DNA of 64,000 bases, taken from NCBI RefSeq assembly GCF_009914755.1, contig NC_060928.1, one strand, 5' to 3'. Of the stretch, positions 41,056-57,110 are shown piece by piece. Source of the stretch: the human T2T-CHM13v2.0 reference genome, Homo sapiens. The translations under genes were made by a program, and so were the position numbers. Under the pieces are notes generated by a model. That model saw only the letters and a program-made list of their open reading frames with translations. It was not told the DNA's origin and made no database searches. The stretch's first letter is position 1, and the number at the start of each line of letters is the position of its first letter.

Positions 41056-43180
41056 ATCTTGTGGATTGCTTTTTATATGCCAGTCACTGAGTTAGGTGAT
41101 AGAGGTATAATGGTCTTACACTCATAGAGCTTATAGTCAAGTAAGACAGATAGGCATTAACCAAACAATTACGTAAATACAAGCTGTGGTAAGTGTGATG
41201 AAGGGAAAATAGAAATGTCATGTGTGTATACAGAGGACTTGGCCAGGTGTGTGTGTTGCGGGGGAGGGGCTGGGGTATCATGGAAGGCTTCCCTGAGGCA
41301 GTGATATTGGGGCCGAGATAGAAAGAGAGAGGAGTAAGGTAAAGGTATGTGATGGAAGGAGATTTTAATTAGAAGAAACAGCATATGTTGACGGTCAGTG
41401 AGGCCAGAGCATAATGGGAACAGGGGAGAAATAGCACTGGATGAAGCTGGAGAGGTAGTTTAGGGCCTACACAAAGGTGAAATAACATAGGTACAAGGTT
41501 ATTCATTGCAGCATCACTTGTTATTTCTACAGATGAGAAAGAACTCAATGGTTCAGCAGTAAAGGACTAATTGAATAAACTGGTTTTTTCATACAGTGAA
41601 ATACTTTGCAGCTATTTAAAAAAATGAGAATGCTAATGATAGAAAACTCCTCAGGACAGACAATTAAATGAAAATAGCAAAGCACAAAGTAGTGTTTATT
41701 GTACAGTATCTTGTATGTAAGAAAAGAAGGAAGAATGTATAATCATATTTTCTTGTATTTGCACAAAGAAAAACGGGAAGGATTAATAAAATCAGTTACC
41801 TATAGAGGGAACAGGGTGAATGGAAACAGGAATGAAAATGAAACCTCTCACTGTATACTTTTTATATCTTTAATTTTGAACCACATATATGTCTTACCTA
41901 TTCAGAAAAATAATACTTTTAAAAAGATAGGAAAATTAAGTTAGCTAAAAAAAAAAAAGTTAGCTAGAAAATGTTTCTTAAATACTGTGCCTTATCTTTT
42001 TTTCCAAAATGAGACTTAAAATAGACATGTATTTCCCAAATATAGTCTTTAATTTTCCTCTTAGCTCAAAATTAGATGATTAATTCTGTGTTGGTGAGAA
42101 TAGAAAAAGTTAACTTAGAATGTGAGTTCTGTTGCAACATCATTCTTAAATGACAGAGTAGAAATAGTGCAATATCGTACCTTTCATTTACAGAAGAAAA
42201 TATCTTAACATATGGTGCAACATTTGCTGCTGTTAGTGGTTTGTCTTTTTAAACACACATGGAAGAGGAAAAATTTGCTTGTGGTTTGCATTGCCTCCTT
42301 TCTCTCTTTAGAAATGAGGCAGAAATTAACTGTCTTTATATAAACCATACAACCAAAAAGAATTGTGAGTTGTAGGTTGATTTTTAAACTAGACTCATCC
42401 AACCCATACCTGTTTGGAATAAATCAAGGTAATTGTAATTGTTGAAGAGTGAGTAGGGATGAAAGCCTGAGTGGGTGCTGGGGAGAAGCACACCTAGCTA
42501 ACCAATTCATATAGTTTTTTTTTTTTACCAGTTATGCTAAGATTCCGGCATGACAATTTTTGTAAGGGAGGGATATTTTGTATACAGTATTGAAAAGCTT
42601 TCCAGGAAGGATAGCTTTATAATTATGAATTACTGTTCTTATAGACTTGGTTCTTTTTTGGCAATCATAAGGTACTTACATATTTTCTAACCCTTTTTGG
42701 TCAGAAGCTATCAACTTACTATAGAGTAGGATTAGAGTTTCTTATTCTGCTGTATATGTTGGAGGTGAGGGAATTGTTCCTTTCACTTTGAATGAAAAGA
42801 ATTCACTTTAAAAATTTACTTTTTAATCATTATTGCTGTGATGTATCTGTTCTAATGGTTGATATACATGTGTGCTCTTCAGATCCACATTTCACTTATT
42901 TTGCCAGCCTTGGGTATTATCCAACTTGATTTGCCAGGTTTGTGATAAAGGTGAGTTTTTAAGTGATCAATGTGATACTTGAACAGATCACTAATAACTG
43001 CATTGGTTGTGCTGTTGATGATGGTACTGGGTGCTTATGGCTGTGACTTTGCTATACTTTTTTAGTTCTTAGTAGTTATGGTTCCTTCAGTTTGCTTAAA
43101 AGTAAAACCTTTAATTAGCATTTCTGAGTAAAGTCTCAGAAGACACTAGCAGTGTTTAAGAATTTGACTTTGCAATGTTC

Positions 43181-43477
43181 TTTTTTTTTTTTTTTTTTTG
43201 AGACGAGTCTCGCTCTGTCGCCCAGGCTGGAGTGCAGTGGCGCAATCTCGGCTCACTGCAACCTCCGCCTCCCGGGTTCAAGCAATTCTCTGCCTCAGCC
43301 TCCTGAGTGGCTGGGATTACAGGCGCCCACCACAACGCCCAGCTAAGTTTTTGGATTTTTAGTAGAGATGGGGTTTCACCATCTTGGCCAGGCTGGTCTT
43401 GAACTCCTGACCTTGTGATCCACCCGCCTCGCCCTCCCAAAGTGCTGGGATTACAGGTGTGAGCCACTGCGCCCGGC
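43181..43477 (-). mobile_element. Alu (AluS-like, CpG-rich)
   Basis: Antisense dimer, TSD tgcaatgttc (43171-43180 and 43478-43487). Confidence 0.96.
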
Positions 43478-45079
43478 TGCAATGTTCTTTTTAACCTTTT
43501 CTTGAAATTCTCTCAGTAATGACTCAGCGTTTTCATGTTGACCATAATTTCCTTCCATGACTTATCTATACTTTGCTGTGTTAGATTAAAACATTCATAA
43601 CTTTTTTCCTCATTCCTCATAAACTTAATAACATCCTGATTTTCTATCCTTATTTCTTCCCTTAAATTTTCAAAGATGCTTTTTTAAAAATTCACCTTAA
43701 GTTTTTTAAGGTGCTTGTTTTGTGCAATTATGCCTGATCCTAAAGTACTATATAAGGTATTATCACAAACTGCCTACGGAGAGGCAACTTACAGTCTAAA
43801 GGAGGAATTTAAATAAAATCAATTATATATAAAATGCTAACTTAAACATGAGAAAGAAATACAGAATTTGATGAAGAAAAATGTTAGTGTGGGCTCAAAG
43901 TACCTGGTAAGCTAGGCAGTTTGACTTGAGCAGGACCACACAAGAATGGGTAACATGTGCATAGGCAGGAAAGAGTCAGGAAAAAAATTCTTGGAGAAAC
44001 CCTGGATCATATGTTTAAGTGATTTGTAAACTTCTGTTGAATCATCTGTTCCCTTCTTGAAGCACAGCATACTATTACTACTTACAGGCTTTTTGAAAAG
44101 AAGAGTAATTGTTTTGTCCTAACAAATTTTGATAAGGCTTTTCCATTGGATGGGCCATTGGTTTGACTAGTTCCTATTGCCCAGTGTCCAAAAGCTGGTG
44201 AGCACAGGGTCTGCTGATCCCTGCGGTGACTTGGCCCCATTTCGTCACTTACCAGATAGCTCCAGCAGATCTGGATACCTGAGCTTTCTGTTTCTTGTTA
44301 TCTAAATATGGAATTCAGTGATTCCCTCCACCCCCTCCAACATCTGCCTACATATGTATCCCTTTTTTTTGGATTTCATAGGGATTTTGTGAGTACCTCA
44401 AGGGACAGGGACTAATTCTGAACTTGAGATCAGGAATGGGGTAAAGATCTGAGAGAAGTTATAGGATGGGTAAAAAAAGAAAACATTGGTGGGATCCCCT
44501 CCTCTTTCTATTCCCTATGACCTTGCATGCTATTCCTGGGATCTCACTACCCCTAACTGTAACTATGGACTTCTGTGTGGTTTTGTAAAGAGGATTCAGT
44601 GCTGTCAAGCCCATGATTGTCAAACTTCTCTGTTAGGTTAATAACGATCTCCCAACTTTTTTTGAGATAACTTTATATCTCTCATCTAATTGATGAAATG
44701 AAATACCCAATTCCTTACCTACCCTTTTGTACCTAAATTGATTTTGGACTCGGAGATCAGATGGGAAGTTATGATACTTTATATTTTCTCTGCCAACTTG
44801 AAAGTGTGTTCATCCCTTCCTCCTCCCCATAGTGCCCAGGCCTTTCTCCAGTTAAAGCACATAACATACTATGTTGTGATTGCCTGCTAGTCGGTTTTTG
44901 CCCCTAGAGGTGCTCCATGGAGCACGGCCTTCCTACATTGAGTATTGAGTTAGTCAGTGGACACTAATCTTTGAGTACTATAATCTGTAAATGGAGGAAA
45001 GTTGCTATAAGGATTTTTATATATATAATACCTATATCTGTATAATATGTGATCTAGATGATTATATACCAGTGCACAG

Positions 45080-45185
45080 ATGATAATGCTGGGGTTCAGA
45101 GAGGTTGAGTAGTTTGTTCAAAGTCTCACAGCCAGACTGGGATTCAAATCTAGATCTCTCCGACTCCACAGCCCTGCTTTTAGTT
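45080..45185. mobile_element. MIR fragment
   Basis: ggttcagagaggttgagtagtttgttcaaagtctcacagc...gggattcaaatctagatct. Confidence 0.65.
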
Positions 45186-46164
45186 AAGTATAATACAATG
45201 CTGTAATGCTGCCCAAGGTGAGATTGTTCAGATAGCAGAGAGAGAAGATGGAAAGATAACCTTGGAAAACAGAAGCTATATTGATCACGTCTAAACTTGG
45301 AGCTCTTGGAAGGAAGGAAGGAAGGGTGGAAGGAAGAAAAGGAGGGAGAAAATGAGAGAGGGAGAAGGGAGGGAGGGATCAAAGGGCGGGAACTAACACT
45401 GTAAAAACATAGAACAAAAAAGGCGAAAGACTTTTTTTGCTAAAGGTGAGAAAATCTCCGCACTCAGAATGTTAATGTATGTAATTATTCGATAAAGAAT
45501 TATAAGACGTCACCACAGTTCTGTGACCTGCTGTTACTGGAGTCTATAGGTAATGTTTCATCAATTTTCTTCTCTTCAGAACTCTGCCTTTTGTTTTTCC
45601 TTCTTAAGGACTTTTTTTAACCTTCTGCTTGTCAGTGATTTGTTGAAACCTATCCCAATGCATCAGAAGAATGTAAAAACCTATTTTTCTACCCCACTTG
45701 TAGTTCATATTTGTCTTTCCTTCTCTCACTCCCTTCCCAGTGCCCACACCCATATTTTTATAGTGTTTCTCTTTCTCAAACAGTAGTTGCTTTAACATGA
45801 CAGGCATTTCCAAAGCCATTGCAAACTAATAAAATTATACTCCACAAACCTAATAAAAGGCCAAGGCAGGTATATTTTCTTGCCTCTTATTCTTCTGATC
45901 TCTTTCTGGGAAAAGTTCAGTGATGGGCAGGGAAAGCATAGAATGGTATATTTTTTAATAGGAGTAAAGAAAGGAGTTGATACCTTACATGTTAGCGGTT
46001 GGGGACCTCTTACCAAAATATGATTTTTACACTTTTTTCTTACACACCTTTTTCTTACAACCAGCTACTATCCCAATATTTTTGTACATTTAATATAAAC
46101 CCCTATTTCATAGAATTATTGGGAAAGCCAGTAACTGCTTTGAAGAACTTAACAATCATAAATA

Positions 46165-46269
46165 TTAGGTTGGTGCAAAAGTAATTGCGGTTTTTGCCAT
46201 TACTTTCAATGGCAAAACCTGCGATTACTTTCAGTGGCAAAACCTGCAATTACTTTTGCACCAACCTAA
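46165..46269. mobile_element. MADE1 mariner MITE with an internal 25-bp tandem duplication
   Basis: TIRs ttaggttggtgcaaaagtaattgc / gcaattacttttgcaccaacctaa; 105 bp instead of 80. Confidence 0.95.
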
Positions 46270-47416
46270 ATATATGAAGACTAATAACTTATTTTAACCA
46301 GGAATTGCTTTTTTAAACAAATTTAGTGCCTCTGAATAGGAAGGTCATATAATCTAAATTTTATTTGAAAAAAGTTAATTTGGTAGAAATAAACTGTCTT
46401 TTATATTATTTTGATGTGGACAAGGTAATGCTTATCATTAGTTTTTTCAGTCAGTAACTTTGTAAATGTTATTTATGTTCTATTGATACATGCTGTGTAG
46501 GCAAGAGAAAGTTTTCGGTGTAGTCCACTTGGCATCATCTATCAGTTCTGCTCTTAAATTTCAGTTACCTAGTTTCTATTTAAAACTCCAGCTTGTCTTT
46601 CTGCCTTAGTAGTCAGTGTTAGAGTTTGTTTTGCCCTTTAACAATGAAAGTATTGTATGATATGTTTAGGTCACTCAACAGATGTTGCCGTAGTGGTTTT
46701 GCTCATTGTTTGGCAGATGTTTACGAAAGTTCTTCATAAGTGAGTTTGTAATGATTTAGTATATTTCTAAATTGCTGTAATTGTTTCTGATATTAGGTTT
46801 TCAAAATCTGTCAAATTTGCCGCCATTCCATTATAATTGTTACCTCTATCTTCTTTTGCTCCTGTTTTAAATCTCTGCCTTTCTGTTGTATTAATATTTT
46901 ATATTTTAAATCATTTCTAACTTAGGACATAAATAGTTCAATAAAGACTTTTTCCTACTCTGTAAATATGGGAAGATTATATAAAAGTTTAATGTTTTAT
47001 TAATCTTCATAGTTTTAGCAAGAATTAACTTTTATTTCTTTCGTCTGCTCCAATCCTGTGTTAGATCCTTGTCCCAAGGATGTTTTAATACAACTTCAAG
47101 GCTAGAGACAAAATTGGGAACAAGGTTAAAGTGCTGTGTGTCTTTTCTACACTACCACTTTTCCTTTAAGTGCTCTGTTGCCCTTTCTTGTCTGTTTCAA
47201 ATTTTGTTTCAAAGGTTTCTAAAATGTCTATTGCCCATGAATAGAAGCAGATTAAAATAGGTGAAAGGACATACTTGGAACTTGGAATAAGACATTCCTG
47301 AGTTTCCCAGATCCCAATCCATCTATCACCTGTCTAAACTTAGGCAAATTACTTAACTTTCTGAGTTTTCTTTATTTTTTGTTTTTCAACTGTATCATGG
47401 ACTTAAGACTGTACAA

Positions 47417-47698
47417 GGCCAAATGTAGTGGCTCACACCTGTAATCCTAGTGCTTTGGTAGTCCAGGGTGGGAGGATCACTTGAGGCCAAGAGTTTGAGA
47501 CCAGCCTGAGTGACATAGAGAGACCCGGTCTCTACGGAAAATAAAAAAGTTAGCCAGGTATGGTGATGCGCACCATTATTCCTAGTTATTCAGGAGGCTG
47601 AGGTAGGAGGATCACTTGAACCAAGGGGATCAAGGCTGCAGTGAGCTATCACTGTGTTGCTGCACTCTAGCTTGGGCAACAGAGTGAGACCCTGTCTC
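47417..47698 (+). mobile_element. Alu (AluJ-like) with no A tail
   Basis: Full dimer ending gagaccctgtctc, followed by G runs. Confidence 0.92.
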
Positions 47699-49239
47699 GG
47701 GTCTCGGGGTGGGCGGGGGGAGACTAAACAGAGTAGATGTAAGGGTAATGCATTATGTGTCATATAGAAGGTGTTTCCAAAAGTTAGTGCTCCCCCAGTA
47801 TAACAAAGCATAGTCTACCAAAAATACCTGAAATACCTGCTCTTTCTTTCATTCTGTGCTCCTCAGTTCCTGTGGGCTGATAGCTTAAATATAGAAGTAA
47901 ATTGAAAAAAGGTAAAGACCCTGAAATATTTCCTGGAACATTTTGGCTTTTTGTCCTTTCTCCTAAAAGTGGGATTTGAACTTCCTCTCACCTCACTTTC
48001 TTTGTCTCTCTCTGAAAGCCAGCGAGCGGTATTTGAGAAACCAGAATCTTTCCCAGGTTGACTTTTACAAGGTCAAATTGCCTGGTAAAGTGAACCTGAT
48101 AAACCAAGTAAGCCAAATAAACTGAAATAATAATTTTATGTTCTACTGAAACTGCTTGTATAGTAACAGCATGATTCTCAAAATTGCAAAAATTTCTTAT
48201 TTTAAAAGTTGTATTGCAATTCCTTTTCTAATACTACTTAATTATTCCCTTTAATTGGTAATTATTTCAATGTATTTAATAACCAAAATGTTCTGAGGAT
48301 TCTCTGTAGCATATCAGGCAGAATGGCATTGAGGACATTATACACATGCATATCATAGTACAAATTAGTTAATAAAAAATAGGCAGAAAATCTTCTAAGT
48401 TTTTAATTCATTTAGTTGAAAAAGAATGTTCATATTGAGGATTGTTCATTATGTTTTGATTGGATGAGTCAACACACTATTCTTACGTAAATTTGTATCT
48501 GATTTAGAAGATACACTACCAAAGTTAAGCTTGTACTACATTACAGTAACCAATACTAATAGAAAAGTGAGATAAATTATCTGTTTTGTTATAAGCCAAA
48601 TTGAGAACAATTCGCTTTTTAGAAAAAAAAATAGCTTCTTATATTTGAGGATTAAATTTTATACTTCATTTCCATTTGGAGTTTTTTTTTTTCTTTTGTT
48701 TTTACATTATAATTACAAAATTGTGAATCCTCAAAGGTCCCCTCTATACCAGGGAACTGATCTGATGTGCATGTATACTTTAAAAGGCTTTACACATCAG
48801 TCTTCTAACAATTACTGGGAGAATGTTTCTTGTGTATATGGGTATTGTATCATTTTGTTGTGAAAACTAGAATTCAATCCTAAAAAGAACCATCTTTGAT
48901 TTCCCATGGATTAAGTTGCATTGTGGGGTGGGGGGCCAGTTTAAATACAACAAATACACTGAGCCTGAGCCTTTGTTAGTGGGCTACTGAGTCTTCCTCA
49001 GCTACAAAAGGAGCTGTCTCTGTGTTTAGTCAGCTACTTGGGGGTGGGGAAACAAACTGACTTATATTGACATTTGCAGGGCTAGTTAAAAATTTTTGGA
49101 TGCCCTTCCCACTTTCTTTCTGACTCTCTAACTTTCTAGACTATTAACAGCAGCTCCCTGCAAGGCCAGTACATGAATTAAATCCCATACTCTGCTTTTA
49201 TTCTCTCCTCTAATTCTAAAAGATTGGAAGTTAAAATTC

Positions 49240-49365
49240 TTTTTTTTTAAGTTATTTTTATTTTTAAGTTCATGGGTACACGTGCAGGATGTGCAGGTCT
49301 GTTACATAGGTAAACGTGTGCCATGATGGTTTGCTGCACCTATCAACCCATCACCTATATATATA

Positions 49366-49396
<31 letters not shown>

Positions 49397-50299
49397 TTTT
49401 TTTTTTTTAACGGAGTCTCGCTCTGTCACCAGGCTGGAGTGCAGTGGCGCAATATCGGCTCACTGCAACCCTCCGCCTCCATAGTTCAAGCAACTCTCCT
49501 GCCTCAGCCTCCCGAGTTGCTGGGACTACAGGTGCGTGCCACCACGCCCGGCTCATTTTTCGTATTTTTAGTAGAGACAGGTTTCACCATGTTGGCCAGG
49601 ATGGTCTTGAACTCCAGACCTCGTGATCTGCCCGCCTCGGCCTCCCAAAGTGCTGGGATTATAGGTGTGAGGCACCGCACCTGGCCCCATCACCTAAATA
49701 TTAAGGCCTGAATGCATTAGCTATTTATCCTGATGCTCTCCCTCCTCCGGCAACCCCCCGACAGGCCCCAGTGTGTGTTGATCTCCTCCCTGAGTCCATG
49801 TGTTCTCATTGTTCAGCTCCCACTTATAAGTAGAACATGCAGTGTTTGGTTTTTTGTTCCTGTGTTAGTTTGCTGAGGATGATGGCTTCCAGCTACCTCC
49901 ATGTCCATCTAAAGGACATGATCCTGTTCCTTTTTATGGCTATATAGTATTCCATGGTGTATATGTACATTTTCTTTATCTGGTCTATCATTGATGGGCA
50001 TTTGGGTTGATTCCATGTCTTCACTATTGTGAATAGTGCTGCAGTAAACATATGTGTGCATGTATCTTTATAATAGAATGATTTATATTTTTGGGGGGGT
50101 ATATACCCAGTAATGGGATTGCTGGGTCAAATGGTATTTCTGGTTCTAGATCCTTGAGGAATCACCACACTGTCTTCCACAATGGTTGAACTAATTTACA
50201 TTCCCACCAACAGTATAAAAGTGTTCCTATTTCTCCACAGCCTTCCCAGCATCTGTTGTTTCTTGACTTTTTAATACGCCATTCTGACTGGCATCAAAT

Positions 50300-50300
<1 letters not shown>
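49240..50300 (-). mobile_element. L1PA (approximately PA8-PA11) 3' end, interrupted by an antisense Alu at 49358-49686
   Basis: gtgcaggatgtgcagg...ttacataggtaaacgtgtgcc...; atacccagtaatgggattgctgggtcaaatgg; Alu TSD ccatcaccta. Confidence 0.9.
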
Positions 50301-51370
<1,070 letters not shown>

Positions 51371-51374
51371 CATG

Positions 51375-52425
51375 ACTTAATCCTTGAATCACTTCTCTGT
51401 CCACTCTCTTAGGCGCTTATCTAGTCATGTGGCTTTAAATATCATCTGTATATTAATGACTCCCAAATTACAACTCTAGCCCAAACTGCTATTTTAAGAG
51501 ATATCTCAAGCATGTCCAAAACTAAGCTGTTAATATCCACCTTTTCTCCTCTTCCATGCCTGCCCCTCTCACAGTCTTTGCCATTTCGGTAAATGCAACT
51601 TCATTCTTTCAGTTGCTTGGAGCAAAACTCTTAGCACATCTTTGAGTGTTCTCTTTCTCTGTCACCTCCCATCTTGATCTGTTGTCAGATTCCATTGGCT
51701 TCATCTTCACATTATATTCAGAATCCCACCTCTTCTCACGATCTCCTCTTTTACCACTGTAGTCCAAGCCACCATTACCTCACCCAGGTTATTGCTGTAA
51801 TATTCTAATAGGTCTCTCTCTACTTCTACCTTTGCATGTTTATTAAATTAAGTGTTGTCATTTTTCTGCTTAGAACCTACCAGTAGCTTTTCATCTCATT
51901 CAGACAAGGAGCCAGATCTTTTTAATGATATCTAAGGGCCTGCACCATCTAGCAACCCATTACCTGTCTTACCGCATATACCAGGCCCTTATTCACTCTG
52001 CTGCAGTCATAGAGGCCTTGTTGGTGCTTCTCAAACATACCAAGCACACTGCCTACCTCAGGCCGTTTGAACTTGCTATTTCCTCTGTGTGGAATGTTTT
52101 TCTTCCAGATAACTTAAAAGTTTATTCTCTCACTTCCTTAAATCTGTATTCAACTGTTACCTCAATGAGCCCTTCCTATTTAATTGCAACTCTCACCCAG
52201 ACATACATCTCACATTCCACATTGCTGCTTTATTTTTCTCTGTAACATGTATCACCATCTAACATACTATATATGTTAGATGTTTCTCTTTCTTCCCTCA
52301 ATAGAACATAAACTTCTTTTGAGAAGAGATGTTTGCCTTTTTTGTTGATTGCTTGCATTCCCAACCCCTAGAGAAGTGCCTGACACATAACAGTATGACC
52401 CTGTGTAATATTTATTATATGAATG
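51375..52425 (-). mobile_element. L2 fragment
   Basis: gactcccaaatt...ctctagccc; agtccaagccaccatt; gtgcctgacacataa...atgaatgg. Confidence 0.65.
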
Positions 52426-52539
52426 GAGGTAAGTAACATTTTAGGTGGTTTTTTCCCTCTGAATATAAAATGGGAACATTGTGAACAGTGCAAGTCTTCA
52501 ACAAAGTTGATGTAGACAGACTTCAGCTCTCATAATCTT

Positions 52540-53930
<1,391 letters not shown>

Positions 53931-54087
53931 TTTTCTACCCTCTGTCAGGGCAGATTGCCCTTGAAGCGCTCCCTAGACCTGTCCCTGACAACCTGTTCTA
54001 CAGAAGAGATCTGAGACTCAGTCACAATGGCAGAGGTGACCGAGACCAGCTCAGTTTTGGAAATCATTTTCAGAAATGGCTAGAGAG

Positions 54088-54089
<2 letters not shown>

Positions 54090-54139
<50 letters not shown>
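54090..54139. repeat. (TG)n microsatellite, about 24 units
   Basis: Perfect dinucleotide run. Confidence 0.98.
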
Positions 54140-54145
<6 letters not shown>

Positions 54146-54269
54146 GTGAAACAAATTTTCTATCCTGTTTTTTCATTTAGCATCGTGTTTCAAATATTTT
54201 TACATCATTTATTATTAAAGTTCAATTTTAATGAATGTCATATTGGATGGGAATCAGAATTCTTATTTA

Positions 54270-54614
<345 letters not shown>

Positions 54615-55261
54615 TCAGGAAACAGTTTATAAATCTTTTTGATGCATTGTTTATTTCTTTAAGAAAGACTTATAGAGGTAGTATGACTTGGTTAAAATAT
54701 ACTCTTGATATCAGCAGAAGTAATAAGCAGTTGAAAATAATTGAGAGTCATATGAGCGTTAAGTAAATTGATTTTCTGAGCAACACTTGCTACTTGCTTG
54801 ATTCTTTACAAAGAAAGTCAATATTTAAAAGTATCCAGCCTACTTGGCTTACATAAAGCTTAGATTTAATGATGTCCATATTTACTATTCATACATTGTG
54901 TAGCAATTATATATAATTTTCCCTTTTTGATATCTCACATGATTTTGAATGTACTTAGTTTGAGGAGGATTTAATGATATTTTTAATTAATCCTCTCAAT
55001 AATGTTTGAAAATGGTTAATAGGGTATATATTTGGGCATCTTAAAACTGACCTATTCTCTTTAGGGTAATTAAAAAGTCATCAAAGGTTCAGTGACCCTG
55101 CAAGGCAGTGTACACTTGGTATGTGTGAAATACTTGGTCATTATTAAGCCAGCTTTTCTTCAAGAGAGATACACTATTTAATTAAGGAATGTAATAAATC
55201 ACTCTCTATTTTATTGTTATTGGTGTTAATGCTTGGTCTTGTAACTCTGCCCTGTCCACAG

Positions 55262-55417
55262 GTTAAAGTATTGCACAATCAGCTGGTCCTTTTCCACAAT
55301 GCCATTGCCGCTTACTTTGCTGGGAATCAGAAGCAGCTTGAACAGACACTTAAACAGTTCCATATCAAATTGAAAACCCCTGGAGTGGATGCCCCATCTT
55401 GGCTTGAAGAACAGTAA
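55262..55417 (+). CDS. ARFIP1: Arfaptin-1 last coding exon ([51 protein letters not shown])
   Basis: Acceptor ctgtccacag|GTTAAA, TAA at 55415-55417. ORF 55214..55417; the preceding intron is about 21.8 kb. Confidence 0.97.
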   Translation, partial: VKVLHNQLVLFHNAIAAYFAGNQKQLEQTLKQFHIKLKTPGVDAPSWLEEQ

Positions 55418-57110
55418 AATCACAGCGGAAAATAAAAAGAAAGTCGCGTTGTTATATTTCTAAACCAACCTAACAAGAATTAAGCAGAGTTGGGGGAAGT
55501 GGGAGGGGTGACAAGCATTATAGTGATTCTTGCACAAACAGCTTTAATTTTTCCCTTTTTCATACTTTAACAATTGAACTGTTAAGGGTGGTTTTAATGT
55601 AAACATAGTTTCTATAATCTGAACACAATAATTTTCCTTTTTGAGAAATCCTTTTGTATTGTGAGGGTTGATGGCTATTTCTGTAGTTTGAAAACATCTA
55701 ATAGAGATTTGCACTGACAAGATAAAAATTCAAGGTTTTTGGTCCTGGAAATGAGGGCCGATTGTAACTTTTCCAAAGGGAGGTTTACATGATTTGTATC
55801 AACATCAGATATTTTATATGTGAATATATTAAACATCTTTAAGAGATTCATTTTCATGTATTAAAGAAAAAAGAAACTATTTTGCAGAGTAAAGTTATAT
55901 GGTGTTCCTGCAGCGTCCACACAGAGGCAGCAGCTCTAATGAATGATTAGCTTGTGGAGTTGTGGCAAATACCTTTTTAAAAATGAATCTGTACCACTGT
56001 AATTTTATTTAGACTTTTTTTTAAAGACACAGAAATCACACTGTCATTTCTGTGAGGCTTTTAAGCTTATGAATTTGCTTCACCCGAAGTCATTGGACAG
56101 TTACATTTGCAATTTCTTTTGGTTCATAACAAAACCTGCTTAAGAGAATTTTTTTTTTTGACAGGTGGACGTGGGAATGGAAATTCTTAATGGTTTCTGG
56201 AGTAGAAATCTGTACTTAGAAAACTAGTTTTTGGGTCAGTTCCATTTTGATAGAAGTGAATACATAGACAGCTTTTATTGACTTCCATATGTAACAATAC
56301 CGTTTAAGCCTTAAATCACAGATATGTGCCTTCTCAGATACAGTAATTCTTGTTCAACCAATGTACAAAATCCATAAAGAAACCCCTGTTGGATAATGTT
56401 TGATGTGTCTATTCCTTCCATGGAATGGAGCACTATGTATGAATGTTGGGTTTCTTTGTACTTGTTAAGCCACATTTGAGGTTTATGGTAAAAATCATCT
56501 TTTGAGTTTGCTCTTTGGTTTTTCTTCATTCCTTTTGAGGATTGGGAAAACAGAAAGATTCTTTGATTTGGGTAATGAAGAGGTAATTTGGGACAGTGTG
56601 GTGGTACCAGGAAGAAAGAGGATTGGAAAGGCCAGTACTGTTTTAGTTGCTCGGCACTGTTGGTTTTGTTTTAATGTGGTTGCCCTGTCCACTACATGGT
56701 TCTATCAGTAGTGTAATCCATTTTCAATGTAAAGCTCTTTTAGTTTTTGTCATAGACATAAATTAATATTTTGAGAGGCATCCCTCACCTGTTCATTTCT
56801 TCTGTGTTGAAATGAAGTACTTAAAATTACCGTTATACATGAACTTTGTGGACTGTAAGATTTGTTATATATGTTCAAATGCCTTTTAGCTGGCTTTTTA
56901 ATTAATATGCCTGTTTTGAGTGCTTAATACAATGTAATGTGATTGTAAATCATACCTATTTTAAATCATTCCTTCCTGTATATTTGTACTCAGAGAGCCT
57001 TATTTTATTCTTCCAGCAGAATTACTACTTGTGATAGTTCATTTACATTCCCCAGAATGTGCCTCTAGTGTGAATTTTGTATTCTTATTAAACGTGTTTG
57101 CTGCAGTAAA
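55418..57110 (+). other. ARFIP1: ARFIP1 3' UTR (end approximate)
   Basis: Repeat-free, U/GU-rich sequence directly after the stop codon, ending near ATTAAA 57087-57092. Confidence 0.75.
57087..57092 (+). terminator. Probable main polyadenylation signal (ATTAAA)
   Basis: ATTAAA with upstream TGTA (57078) and U-rich downstream sequence. Alternative AATAAA hexamers at 55431, 57356 and 57530. Confidence 0.6.

Noticed and set aside
44150-44290. GC-richer patch with a minus-strand donor-like GGTAAGTG
   Set aside because: No matching acceptor or ORF; probably an unrecognised old LTR or TE fragment.
55492-55510. G-rich stretch in the proximal 3' UTR as an RNA G-quadruplex
   Set aside because: Only three runs of three or more G; does not meet the canonical pattern.
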